Source of the DNA: an uncultured Bacteroidota bacterium
GTDB taxonomy: Bacteria > Bacteroidota > Ignavibacteria > UBA10030 > UBA6906
DNA length: 64,000 nucleotides
Assembly (NCBI GenBank): GCA_963700635.1
Contig: CAVOYH010000001.1
Span: 460,681 to 524,680, forward strand
Reading direction: 5' to 3'
Both the position numbers and the translations under genes were made by a program. Below, one piece after another: positions 39,714-48,497 of this stretch. Numbering within the stretch: the first letter of the stretch is position 1; every line of letters starts with the position of its first letter. The notes under the pieces are model-generated. The model searched no databases. It was not told the origin of the DNA and saw only the letters and a list, made by a program, of their open reading frames with translations.

Positions 39714-41864
39714 ATGAAACTCACGCGGAGAGATGTTCTACGTTTGGCCGGAGGTTCGGTAGTCGGGGCCATGTTTACGCCTGTACCCTGGAAGTTGCTG
39801 GATGACAGCTCCATATGGACGCAGAACTGGTCGCTGGTGCCGCCTCTTCCGCGGGGCCCCATGAGCACCCGCTATTCCCACTGCAATCTATGTCCGGCCG
39901 GCTGCTCGCTCAAGGCCCATTGTGTCAACGGCATACCAGTACGTCTGGCGGGTGTTCCGAACGGTGTTCTGAAAAACGGTACGTTGTGTGCCGTGGGGCT
40001 TGCCGGTCATCATGTGGCGTACCACCCGCTGAGGTTGTCCGGGCCCCATACATTCACGGGGAAAGCCGACGGCAGTTTTCTACTGCCCGTTACCATAGAT
40101 ACCCTCGTGGCAAATCTGGTTCCAAAATACCGCCGCGCGATGTCTTCCTCGTCTGCCGGTGTCGTCGCGGTCCTTGACCAACGCCCCGGCCGGGCCATGT
40201 CGCGCAGATATCAGGAGTTTCTGAGCGCATTCCCCGGGAGTATGTACATCGTCCCGCCTTCGGGTGAGGATGGTATGCTCCGCACCATGCAGGGGCTTTC
40301 CACTGAACCGTGCGCATCCCTGGGGTTTGATTTTGAGCACTCCCGTACCATACTCAGTATCGGTGCACCACTTCTGGACGGATGGGGCGTCCCCGAGCGG
40401 ATGCAGGCGCTGTTTGCGGACCAAACGTCTTCGGGCAGAACCCTTATTCAGGTCGAAAGTTCACAGTCCAGAACCGCACGCGCTGCGGCGATCTGGCTGC
40501 CGGTCGTCCCTGGAGCGGAAGCGGCACTGGTCTTGAGTCTGGCCAACGTTATCGTCAGAGAGGGACTCTATCCCAAAGAGGTTGAGCGTACGATAATAGA
40601 CTTCTCCAGGTACCGGGACCTGGTATTACGATATCATCCTCATCCGGTCTCTTCCCTTGCCGGTGTGAGTCCGGGCGCGATTGTCGAAACAGCCCGGGCT
40701 ATTGCTTCCTCCCCCTCGATTGTGATCGCCGGGGCCGATCCTGCCGGAGGCCCCATGGCGCAAGCGACAGAGATCCTTGTAGCCGGATTGAATCTGCTTC
40801 TCGGAAATCCTGGAAGGAAAGGTGGCATTGTCTATCGCCGTGAAACGCCGGACGCATCTGCCAGCGGCGTGCCGGAGATCGCCCTTCACCAGATTCCAGA
40901 CCACTCGATCGAACTCCTGATTATGGACGGAGCAGAAGCCGGCCAGACTTTCCCGTCGTCATTGTTAAAACGGAAGATGGTGCGTGATGGCGGGACGGTG
41001 GTGCTTCTCTCCCCGCATCTGTCACCACGCTCCGCATCGGCGGATTATCTGGTCTCCACACCCGCGCCCTTTGAATCCTGGGACGAAACCCCAGCGTCCC
41101 CGGGGTCCCCGGTTGCGTCTTTCGGCGTTTCGATGCCGCTGATGGCTCCGCGGACGAGCAGTGTGGAGGCAATAAGTTTTCTCTCTCTGCTTTCCAGTGC
41201 AATCGGCCATGTTTCAGAGGGGGCAGGTTCGCTGGAGCAGTTGCTCCGCCGGAAGGCAGATGCCATTACGGCCGCTGGCCGGGGTATGGCGTACCCGCCG
41301 GACGGATCCGGTGGCACCCCCGTCTCTTCATTTGCTGATGCGGAGGCACTGTGGGAAATCCTCAAAGAGGGCGGAAACTGGGTGGATGAACCCGCTCCTC
41401 CGGCAAAACGCGGACAGTTCAAGATTCTCGGGTCTCTGACCGACGACACCCTTACCTCCGCCGCGCATCTGCACCAGCCGGAGGGGGGGTCCATCACGTT
41501 GACACCCTTTGGAGTGCGCGCCGCCCTTGCCAGTGGCGCGGTGTCTCCGATTCTCAGCAAAATTTTCCAGGAATCAGATCTCCGCAATAGCGGCGGCACT
41601 GTGCTGATAAACCCGGCGACGGCGTCACAGTTCGGGTTGCTGGACGGGGACCGTGCCGCGATCCGGACCAGGAACGGAAGTATGCGTGTGCGTGTGTTGC
41701 TGGATCCCGCCGTCAGACCAAACATGCTCCATGCCGCAGTAGGTCCATTGCCGAATGGAACCCCCGACGCCGACGAATTAACTGGAGAGGGTGTGCTGGC
41801 GCTCTGTGTCGTACAGAACGACGGGACCTGGCGTTTCACTGATGTGACGATTGAGAAGGCTTAA
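39714..41864 (+). CDS. qrcB: Tat-exported molybdopterin-oxidoreductase-fold subunit (QrcB-like)
   Basis: Tat signal TRRDVLR, TPVPWKLLDDSSIWTQNW, CNLCPAGC...C and a C-terminal molybdopterin-dinucleotide-binding-like domain (INPATA..GL.DGD). Confidence 0.75.
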   Translation: MKLTRRDVLRLAGGSVVGAMFTPVPWKLLDDSSIWTQNWSLVPPLPRGPMSTRYSHCNLCPAGCSLKAHCVNGIPVRLAGVPNGVLKNGTLCAVGLAGHHVAYHPLRLSGPHTFTGKADGSFLLPVTIDTLVANLVPKYRRAMSSSSAGVVAVLDQRPGRAMSRRYQEFLSAFPGSMYIVPPSGEDGMLRTMQGLSTEPCASLGFDFEHSRTILSIGAPLLDGWGVPERMQALFADQTSSGRTLIQVESSQSRTARAAAIWLPVVPGAEAALVLSLANVIVREGLYPKEVERTIIDFSRYRDLVLRYHPHPVSSLAGVSPGAIVETARAIASSPSIVIAGADPAGGPMAQATEILVAGLNLLLGNPGRKGGIVYRRETPDASASGVPEIALHQIPDHSIELLIMDGAEAGQTFPSSLLKRKMVRDGGTVVLLSPHLSPRSASADYLVSTPAPFESWDETPASPGSPVASFGVSMPLMAPRTSSVEAISFLSLLSSAIGHVSEGAGSLEQLLRRKADAITAAGRGMAYPPDGSGGTPVSSFADAEALWEILKEGGNWVDEPAPPAKRGQFKILGSLTDDTLTSAAHLHQPEGGSITLTPFGVRAALASGAVSPILSKIFQESDLRNSGGTVLINPATASQFGLLDGDRAAIRTRNGSMRVRVLLDPAVRPNMLHAAVGPLPNGTPDADELTGEGVLALCVVQNDGTWRFTDVTIEKA

Positions 41865-41868
41865 CAGT

Positions 41869-42618
41869 ATGGAACACGGAGCAGTAAAGAAGTCGCGGTA
41901 CGGAATGCTTATCGACCTTGACCGCTGTAATGGGTGCGGGGCGTGTATGATTGCCTGTGCTGTGGAAAACAATGTAGCCCCTGCCGAAAACAAAGCAACC
42001 GCGCGCACCGGTGTCACCTGGCTGCGCGTCGCCCCTATGACCAACGGGGCGGAATTTCCTGCGACGGACACCGTGTACGTGCCGATGCCCTGCCAGCAAT
42101 GCGAAAAGGACACTCCCTGTGTGGCAGTGTGCCCCCAGAATGCTGTTGACCTCGATCCGGTAACCGGGATAGTCGGACAGGTGCCGCAACGTTGCCTCGG
42201 CTGCCGGTATTGTATGACGGCATGTCCCTATCATGCACGGTACTTCAACTGGTGGGATCCGCGATGGCCGGAAGGGATGGAACAAACCCTGAACCCCGAT
42301 GTGGCTCCCCGCATGCGGGGTGTGGTGGAGAAATGTAATTTCTGCCATGGCAGGTTACATGCAGCGCGTGCCAAGGCTGCAGCGGACGGGCGAGCGGAGA
42401 TCGCGGCGACAGACTATGTGCCCGCGTGTGTAGAAGCCTGCCCGGGCAAAGCGATCAGCTTTGGAGATCTGGATGATGCCTCGGGTGAATTGGCTCATGC
42501 CATCAGGCATCCCCACGTATTCCGCTTTCTCGTAAAACTCGGGACGGAACCGAAAGTGTACTATCGCTCCTCCAAACAGTGGGTGCGGGACAAAGTGGCA
42601 TCGTTACAAACGGTCTGA
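41869..42618 (+). CDS. qrcC: 4Fe-4S dicluster subunit (QrcC/NrfC-like)
   Basis: CNGCGACMIAC, CQQC...PCVAVCP, CLGCRYCMTACPY and KCNFC...PACVEACP. Confidence 0.85.
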   Translation: MEHGAVKKSRYGMLIDLDRCNGCGACMIACAVENNVAPAENKATARTGVTWLRVAPMTNGAEFPATDTVYVPMPCQQCEKDTPCVAVCPQNAVDLDPVTGIVGQVPQRCLGCRYCMTACPYHARYFNWWDPRWPEGMEQTLNPDVAPRMRGVVEKCNFCHGRLHAARAKAAADGRAEIAATDYVPACVEACPGKAISFGDLDDASGELAHAIRHPHVFRFLVKLGTEPKVYYRSSKQWVRDKVASLQTV

Positions 42619-42641
42619 CGACGACAAATAGGAGTTGCCTC

Positions 42642-43874
42642 ATGGATAAGCAGTTCATACCGCGCGGTCTGCGGCGCACCACGTTTGGAAAGTTTTTGAT
42701 CTGGCTTGTTCCCTGGATTTTGCTCCTCGGATTCGGGCTCTATGCGATTTATCTCTGTCTGGCCGAAGGGCTGTTTCACACCAATATGGACAACCGTTTC
42801 GCGTTCGGACTCTGGATCTACCTTGATCTGACGATCATCGCCCTGGGCGCAGGAGCCTTTTTCACCGGGTTTCTTCTGTATATTCTGCGGCGTGAGGAAC
42901 TCCGGGCTGTCATTAACAGTGCGGTGGTGCTCGGGCTTATTTGTTACAGCGGCGCCGTTGCCGTTCTTATGGTGGATGTGGGTCAGCCCCTCAGGGCCTG
43001 GTTTACGTTCTGGCACCCGAACACTCATTCCATGCTGACCGAGGTGACCTTCTGTCTGACGTGTTACCTCACGGTGCTTCTGATCGAGTATCTTCCGGTT
43101 GTGCTCAAGAACCGGAAGCTCCGGCAGATTCCCCGCTTTCTGGTCTTTGAGTTTCAACTCCATAAAGTTATGCCTGTTCTTGCCGGCGTAGGCGCGTTTC
43201 TTTCCTTTTTCCATCAGGGCTCATTGGGCGGGTTGTATGGCGTCTTGCAGGGAAGACCGTTTGCCTATCGCGAAGCCCTGGGAATCTGGCCTTCCACGTT
43301 CTACCTTTTTGTCCTTTCCGCCGCAGCCGCAGGTCCAAGCTTTGTGCTCATTACTACCTGGCTGGTCCAGCGGATATCGGGGAAGACGCTCGTCAAACCG
43401 GAGGTCTTCCAGTTGTTGGGAAAAGTGTCGGGCATGCTTCTTATCGTCTACATCTTCGCGAAGGCCATCGATACATTCGTCTGGATCAACTATACATCAC
43501 CAAGCGCAGGTTTTGCCGCATTTGCCTTCTACCAGGAAGGTTCGTTCGGTACGTGGATTCTTGTCCTCGAGATTGTCTTTCTCGGACTCATTCCGGCAGT
43601 GATGTTGTTGAACAGGAAGATGCGTGGCAGACCGGCCGTGCTGGTCAGTGCGGCATTTCTGGCCTGCTGCGGGGTCATGCTGAACAGATTTGTTTTGACG
43701 ATACAAACGCTCGCGCTTCCCACGCTTCCGTTCGACACGGTCCTTAGTTATGCTCCGAGTTGGCAGGAGGTGGCCGCCTTCCTTGCGGTCGTCGCGTACG
43801 GGGTGCTGCTCTACTCTTTGTCATACCGGTACCTGACATTGTTCCCGCAGGAAAAAGATATCAGACAACATTGA
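42642..43874 (+). CDS. qrcD: NrfD/PsrC-family quinone-interacting membrane subunit (QrcD-like)
   Basis: TNMDNRFAFGLWI..DL..IALGAGAFFTG, DVGQPLRAWF.FWHPN.HSMLTEV and FFHQGSLGG; about 10 TMs. Confidence 0.85.
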   Translation: MDKQFIPRGLRRTTFGKFLIWLVPWILLLGFGLYAIYLCLAEGLFHTNMDNRFAFGLWIYLDLTIIALGAGAFFTGFLLYILRREELRAVINSAVVLGLICYSGAVAVLMVDVGQPLRAWFTFWHPNTHSMLTEVTFCLTCYLTVLLIEYLPVVLKNRKLRQIPRFLVFEFQLHKVMPVLAGVGAFLSFFHQGSLGGLYGVLQGRPFAYREALGIWPSTFYLFVLSAAAAGPSFVLITTWLVQRISGKTLVKPEVFQLLGKVSGMLLIVYIFAKAIDTFVWINYTSPSAGFAAFAFYQEGSFGTWILVLEIVFLGLIPAVMLLNRKMRGRPAVLVSAAFLACCGVMLNRFVLTIQTLALPTLPFDTVLSYAPSWQEVAAFLAVVAYGVLLYSLSYRYLTLFPQEKDIRQH

Positions 43875-43886
43875 TGGAGGTATATC

Positions 43887-44720
43887 GTGTTTCCATGGAT
43901 CTATGAATTCCGCTGGAGTCTCGGGCATCTTCTGTTTCTGGGAGTGTTCTTCGCCGTTGCCGGTGTTGTGGTCTCCACCCTGGTGCTCGCGCTGCGCAGA
44001 GCACAGAAGTCCATGGCGGACGGGCGTCACGAAGTGCTTCAATGGAAGACGGAGTTCGAAGACCTGCCTCTGGCCAGCCGGGCATGCAGGCATCAGCTTA
44101 CAGGAGAAATGAAAGAGCGCACGTGCCACCACGAATTTGACTGTGCCACCTGCGCGACCCATTCCAGGCTGCTCATGCTCAATACTCCGGCACTATGTAC
44201 TGCTGTCCCCGGGGAAGACCTTTTTGGGCTGGCTATGCCAATGGACCGGTACTATCACCGGGGGCATACCTGGGTGAAACCCGAAGAAGATGGAACGTAC
44301 ACGATAGGGCTTGATGCGTTTGGTACCCGGATGATCGGTGTTCCCGATGCTGTTGATCTTCCGGACGTGGGGACCAGACTGAGAGCAAATGGTACCGGCT
44401 GGAAGATGCGCAAGCGTGGTTCTTTATTGCGTGTACTGGCGGCCGTTGATGGGGTCGTTGTGGAACAGGGTGGACCGCAAAAAGGGTGGTATGTGCGGAT
44501 TCGTCCGGAAGGGTCCGAACCGCAATTCCGTCATCTCCTGCGGGGAGAAGAAATCCGGCCCTGGCTGATGCGCGAACTGGAGAGGCTTCAATTTGCCCTT
44601 CCTGCTGACGGCATTGGCATGAGTCTGGCAGATGGCGGCGAGCTCATGCCGGATGCGTGGAAACATGCGCCGGAAGTCGACTGGGAAGGCGTCTGGGGCG
44701 CAATGCTCCTCCAGGCGTAA
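43887..44720 (+). CDS. Membrane-anchored 4-Cys + GcvH-fold protein lacking a canonical lipoylation motif
   Basis: N-terminal TM; CRHQLTG......CHHEFDCATC; YYHRGHTWV, TIGLDAF, VDLP.VG, DG.VV and GW; C-terminal GMSLADGGE. Confidence 0.8.
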   Translation: MFPWIYEFRWSLGHLLFLGVFFAVAGVVVSTLVLALRRAQKSMADGRHEVLQWKTEFEDLPLASRACRHQLTGEMKERTCHHEFDCATCATHSRLLMLNTPALCTAVPGEDLFGLAMPMDRYYHRGHTWVKPEEDGTYTIGLDAFGTRMIGVPDAVDLPDVGTRLRANGTGWKMRKRGSLLRVLAAVDGVVVEQGGPQKGWYVRIRPEGSEPQFRHLLRGEEIRPWLMRELERLQFALPADGIGMSLADGGELMPDAWKHAPEVDWEGVWGAMLLQA

Positions 44721-44730
44721 ACCGTCCGGA

Positions 44731-46095
44731 TCATGGCCGCGGGAGATTGTGCTTTTTAAGCCGGTCATACAGAGTTGACCGATCAATGCCGAGGATTCCC
44801 GCGGCCTCAGAAATGTTCCCCCTGGTACGTTTGAGCGTAGCTGTAATGATGTGGTTCTCGGCCTGTTCAAGTGTCATGTCTGCCGGGAGACTCCACTCCT
44901 TATCATCCTGAACCCGCGTGGACCCGATAAACCCGCAGTCCTCCTCAGTGATGACCTTCGTTCTTGTTGTTACGATAGCCCGCTCGATCGCATTTTCGAG
45001 TTCCCGGACATTTCCCGGCCAGTCGTAGTTCATCAGGACTCGCAGTGCGCCCTCTGAGATAGCGGTGACCTCTTTGCCGAGTTCGTGCACAAGCCGTTCG
45101 ATGAATGTTTCGACAAGCAGGGGAATGTCTTCCCTCCGCTCGCGGAGCGGGGGAATGTTGATGCTGATGACGTTGAGCCGGTAGAACAGATCATCGCGGA
45201 ATGTGCCTTCCCGCACCGAACGTTCGAGATCGACATTGGTTGCGGCAATAACCCGGACGTCCACGTGCAGTTCTTCCGTCCCGCCCACCCTGTAGAATGT
45301 CCTTTCCTGAAGAATACGCAACAGATCCATCTGCAGCTTCGGCGAGATATCCCCGATCTCATCAAGGAAGATCGTCCCGCCGTGTGCCATCTCGAATTTT
45401 CCCTTCCGGTTCGCCACCGCTCCGGTGAACGCCCCCTTCTCGTGGCCAAAGAGTTCTGATTCGAGGAGTGTTTCTGCGAGCGCGGCACAGGAGACTCCTA
45501 TAAACGGCTTGTTTGCGCGGTCCCCGGAATAGTGGATGGCGCGGGCAACAAGTTCCTTCCCGGTGCCACTTTCTCCCTGTATGAGTACCGTGCTGCGCAG
45601 ACTTGCCACGTCGCGCACAAGCTCGAAGAGTTTCATCATTGCCGGGCTTTTGCTGATGATATCGTGCAGCTGGTACTGCTTTGTGAGCTTTTTGCGCAGG
45701 ATAAGATTTTCCCGTTGCAGGTTTTTCACCTTGATGATGCGCCTGACAAGCAGCGAGATTTCTTCGGGGTTACAGGGTTTGACGATATACTCCTGTGCTC
45801 CCTCCTTCATTGCGGTGATTGCGGTATCGACGGTCGCGTACGCCGTCACGATGATGATGGGCGCGTCCGGATGGAGCTTGCGGACTTCCATCATGGTTTC
45901 AATCCCATCGATACCACCCGGCATCTTAAGATCCACGAAATAGATTGCGTAGTCGACGGATCGTGCCTTTTGGAGGGCCTCTGCTCCTGATGTTGCGGTT
46001 TCCACCGTATATCCATCTTCACGGAGCCAGGCAGCGAGGGATTCGCGCATCACTTCTTCATCATCGACGACAAGAATCGGCCAGTGTGTTGTCAT
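44731..46095 (-). CDS. Sigma54-dependent response regulator (NtrC/AtoC-like)
   Basis: Receiver domain (VDD, DLKMP), GESGTGKE, ELFGHEKGAFTGA, WPGNVREL and a Fis-type HTH. Confidence 0.95.
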   Translation of the reverse strand: MTTHWPILVVDDEEVMRESLAAWLREDGYTVETATSGAEALQKARSVDYAIYFVDLKMPGGIDGIETMMEVRKLHPDAPIIIVTAYATVDTAITAMKEGAQEYIVKPCNPEEISLLVRRIIKVKNLQRENLILRKKLTKQYQLHDIISKSPAMMKLFELVRDVASLRSTVLIQGESGTGKELVARAIHYSGDRANKPFIGVSCAALAETLLESELFGHEKGAFTGAVANRKGKFEMAHGGTIFLDEIGDISPKLQMDLLRILQERTFYRVGGTEELHVDVRVIAATNVDLERSVREGTFRDDLFYRLNVISINIPPLRERREDIPLLVETFIERLVHELGKEVTAISEGALRVLMNYDWPGNVRELENAIERAIVTTRTKVITEEDCGFIGSTRVQDDKEWSLPADMTLEQAENHIITATLKRTRGNISEAAGILGIDRSTLYDRLKKHNLPRP

Positions 46096-46673
46096 AGAGT
46101 CTTTCGTGCGGCATCCGAACGGTCGTCCGTCAGCCGCATATGTGGTTTTCGTTCTTCAAACAGCGTGGCACAGGTTGCGCAGAGGTCCGGCCCCTTCGCG
46201 TCCACGTGCCGTACAGTATTGGAAAGAGACATGGGGCATCTGCTATCGGTGCAATGTATCAACCCGAAGGTATGGCCGATCTCATGGACGGCCTCCTTGA
46301 CAGCCCGCGATTGCAGAAGTCCGGCATCAGGGGGGAGTCCGTAGAATTCCTGCCTGAGGCGCGCCAGCGAAATCGCAGCTGTCGGGCCGTTGAGTTGGGC
46401 CTGGCCCAGAACAAAACTCAGCATGGGAATAAAGAGATCCCTTTCGGTGACACCCAGTACCCTGATGGTGGAACCGGACACCTGCTCCAGGAGATCGCGC
46501 AGGATCAGCACGGAGCTGTACTGGCCCCGTTGTGCATCGTACGCAAACGAAGGATCCGGGAGTGCGGGAAGCACACGCACAGGAAACTGGAATGCGCGTT
46601 GAAGGCCGCGTGTCACGGAATCAAGAATGGTATCTTCCACGGATCCCAACGCAGCCAGGACGATGGCGTTCAT
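46092..46673 (-). CDS. Archaemetzincin-family zinc metalloprotease (peptidase M54)
   Basis: RGQY.S, DLFIP.L.FV.G.A and KEAVHEIGHTFGLIHC....C.MS.S......D.K...LC..C (HExxHxxGxxH plus Cys4). Real start ATG 46673. Confidence 0.9.
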   Translation of the reverse strand: MNAIVLAALGSVEDTILDSVTRGLQRAFQFPVRVLPALPDPSFAYDAQRGQYSSVLILRDLLEQVSGSTIRVLGVTERDLFIPMLSFVLGQAQLNGPTAAISLARLRQEFYGLPPDAGLLQSRAVKEAVHEIGHTFGLIHCTDSRCPMSLSNTVRHVDAKGPDLCATCATLFEERKPHMRLTDDRSDAARKTL

Positions 46674-48298
46674 CCCGTATCGCTCACGGGAGCCGCCGTT
46701 TCCTCTTCCATGATCGGCATGGTTACCCGGAATGTGGTGCCTTCTCCGACCTTCGTGTTCACGTCGATGTCCCCCCCATGCGAGCGTACAATGCCGTACA
46801 CGACGGCCAGTCCAAGCCCGACTCCTTTTCCCTCTCCCTTTGTGGTGAAAAACGGCGAAAAGAGATTTGCCATGTGTTCGGGCTGGATTCCGTCGCCGGA
46901 ATCGTGCACTTCGAGGACGAGTGATTTTCCGGAAGTCGAAAGATTTGTCGTAATGCGTACACGTGCATCCGGGTGCCCCTGGGCAGCCTCCGCGCCGTTC
47001 ATCACCAGGTTGATCAACACCTGCTGCATCTGTGACGCGTCGCAATGAATGTTGGGAAGCCGGTCATCAAGCTGCAGGTCCATCTCGACGTTCATCAGTT
47101 TTAGCTTATGCCCGATCAGCGTTACCGTTGTCGAGACAACCGAGTTGAAATTGACATTCGCCCGCTGGTGCGGTTTGGAGCGGCGCGAGAATGAGAGGAG
47201 ATCCTGCACGATTCTGCCTACCCGTGTGGTCTCGCTGACGACCTGCGCAAGATACTTGCGGAATTCACCCAGCCGTGGTGGGGGGATGCCGTCATCCTTG
47301 ACAATCCGCTGCATCAGCATGGAAAGATTCAACACTCCGGAGAGTGGGTTGTTGATTTCGTGTGCGACGCTGGCGGAAAGCTGGCCGAGGGAAGCCAGAC
47401 GGTCGCTGTGCAGCAGTTTCTGGTGCGCAGCCTTAAGTTGCTCGGTCCGCTCTTCAACTTTGATCTCAAGGTTCTGGGCCAGGCTGTTGAGTTGCTCAAT
47501 GGCTGCCTTCAGCCGGAGTCGCATGATGTCGAATGACCTGGCAAGTTCCCCGAGTTCTTCGCTTGAACTGATCGTCACCTGCGTGTCCAGATTCATTGCG
47601 CTCACGGCCCGCGTGGCCTCAATCAACTGACGGATGGGTGCCACAACATACCGGCGGGTGAAGACCACGATGAACAGGACCAGCGATACGGACAGTGCAA
47701 AGGAGATGAGCAGGACGCGCGTCTGGATTGCGATGATCTCTTTGTCAACGGCCGACAGATCCAGTGCAACGTCGATGACACCGAGGACATTCATTGATGC
47801 GGGATGCGCATGGCAGCCCGCATTGCTGCACGCGGGTTCGTTATAGACCGGTGTGACGATCCCCAGGGTCCGTTTTCCCGTCGCGTCACGGAATACGCGG
47901 GCGCGTGACGGCACATCAACCTTGACCAGCGGGCGGTCCGTGGCATGGCAGATGGAACATGCCTCCGCGTCCTTGTCGACACTTCCGGAATCACCGGACG
48001 CGGTTGAGAACATCACGCGGCCCTCTTTGTTGTAGATCCGGATCCGGTTGATCCCCTGTTTGAGGGCGATGGTTTGCATGATTTCGTACGCCGATTCGCG
48101 CTGGTCGGCCAGCATGGCATGCCACGTGGCACTCGCAATACTCCCGGAAAGCTGGTCCGCCCCAATTATCATCGTATCCAGAAGTTGTGACTCCTGCGAT
48201 TTCATGTGCACATATCCCGCGGCCAACCCTACGAGCGTCACCAGGAGGAGCAGCGGAATCATCAACTGAAGCCATAACTTTCGTGGTAGAAAATGCAT
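46670..48298 (-). CDS. Sensor histidine kinase with periplasmic heme-c motifs, HAMP, HisKA and HATPase
   Basis: Two TMs flanking CSICH and CSNAGCH; VAHEINNPL, QVLINLVMN, DSGDGI and FFTTK...GVGLGL. Confidence 0.92.
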   Translation of the reverse strand: MHFLPRKLWLQLMIPLLLLVTLVGLAAGYVHMKSQESQLLDTMIIGADQLSGSIASATWHAMLADQRESAYEIMQTIALKQGINRIRIYNKEGRVMFSTASGDSGSVDKDAEACSICHATDRPLVKVDVPSRARVFRDATGKRTLGIVTPVYNEPACSNAGCHAHPASMNVLGVIDVALDLSAVDKEIIAIQTRVLLISFALSVSLVLFIVVFTRRYVVAPIRQLIEATRAVSAMNLDTQVTISSSEELGELARSFDIMRLRLKAAIEQLNSLAQNLEIKVEERTEQLKAAHQKLLHSDRLASLGQLSASVAHEINNPLSGVLNLSMLMQRIVKDDGIPPPRLGEFRKYLAQVVSETTRVGRIVQDLLSFSRRSKPHQRANVNFNSVVSTTVTLIGHKLKLMNVEMDLQLDDRLPNIHCDASQMQQVLINLVMNGAEAAQGHPDARVRITTNLSTSGKSLVLEVHDSGDGIQPEHMANLFSPFFTTKGEGKGVGLGLAVVYGIVRSHGGDIDVNTKVGEGTTFRVTMPIMEEETAAPVSDTG

Positions 48299-48420
48299 GG
48301 AGAGCGACCTCAGGAGGCGGGAAGAGTTATTATCTAAAAGGAATGGAACGTTCTGCGAAACCGGCTTTTCTCTACACAATGTACGGAAGAGGTTTTGGAT
48401 ATTCAACTTCAATCGGGTTC

Positions 48421-48455
48421 AAAAAAAAGCCGGCCGTCAAGCGTTGACGGCCGGC
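48421..48455 (-). terminator. Intrinsic terminator of the csp gene
   Basis: GCCGGCCGTCAA-GCG-TTGACGGCCGGC with an adjacent A8 run (U tract on the minus strand). Confidence 0.85.
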
Positions 48456-48497
48456 CGTTCATCCGCTCGCTGTGCAGCGAGGGAAGGTGTTGTAGCG

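Noticed and set aside
39114-43874. Alternative complex III (actABCDEF)
   Set aside because: The B and Fe-S subunits are separate, there is only one NrfD-type subunit, and no ActD/E/F; the order and motifs fit Qrc better.
38140-44720. Glycine cleavage system or sHdr/LbpA sulfur-oxidation locus
   Set aside because: No lipoyl-Lys motif, and no gcvP/T, lipoate ligase or hdr genes in the window.
46674-47045. N-terminal extension of the archaemetzincin ORF
   Set aside because: Out-of-frame overlap with the kinase; the ATGA-coupled start at 46673 fits the family length.
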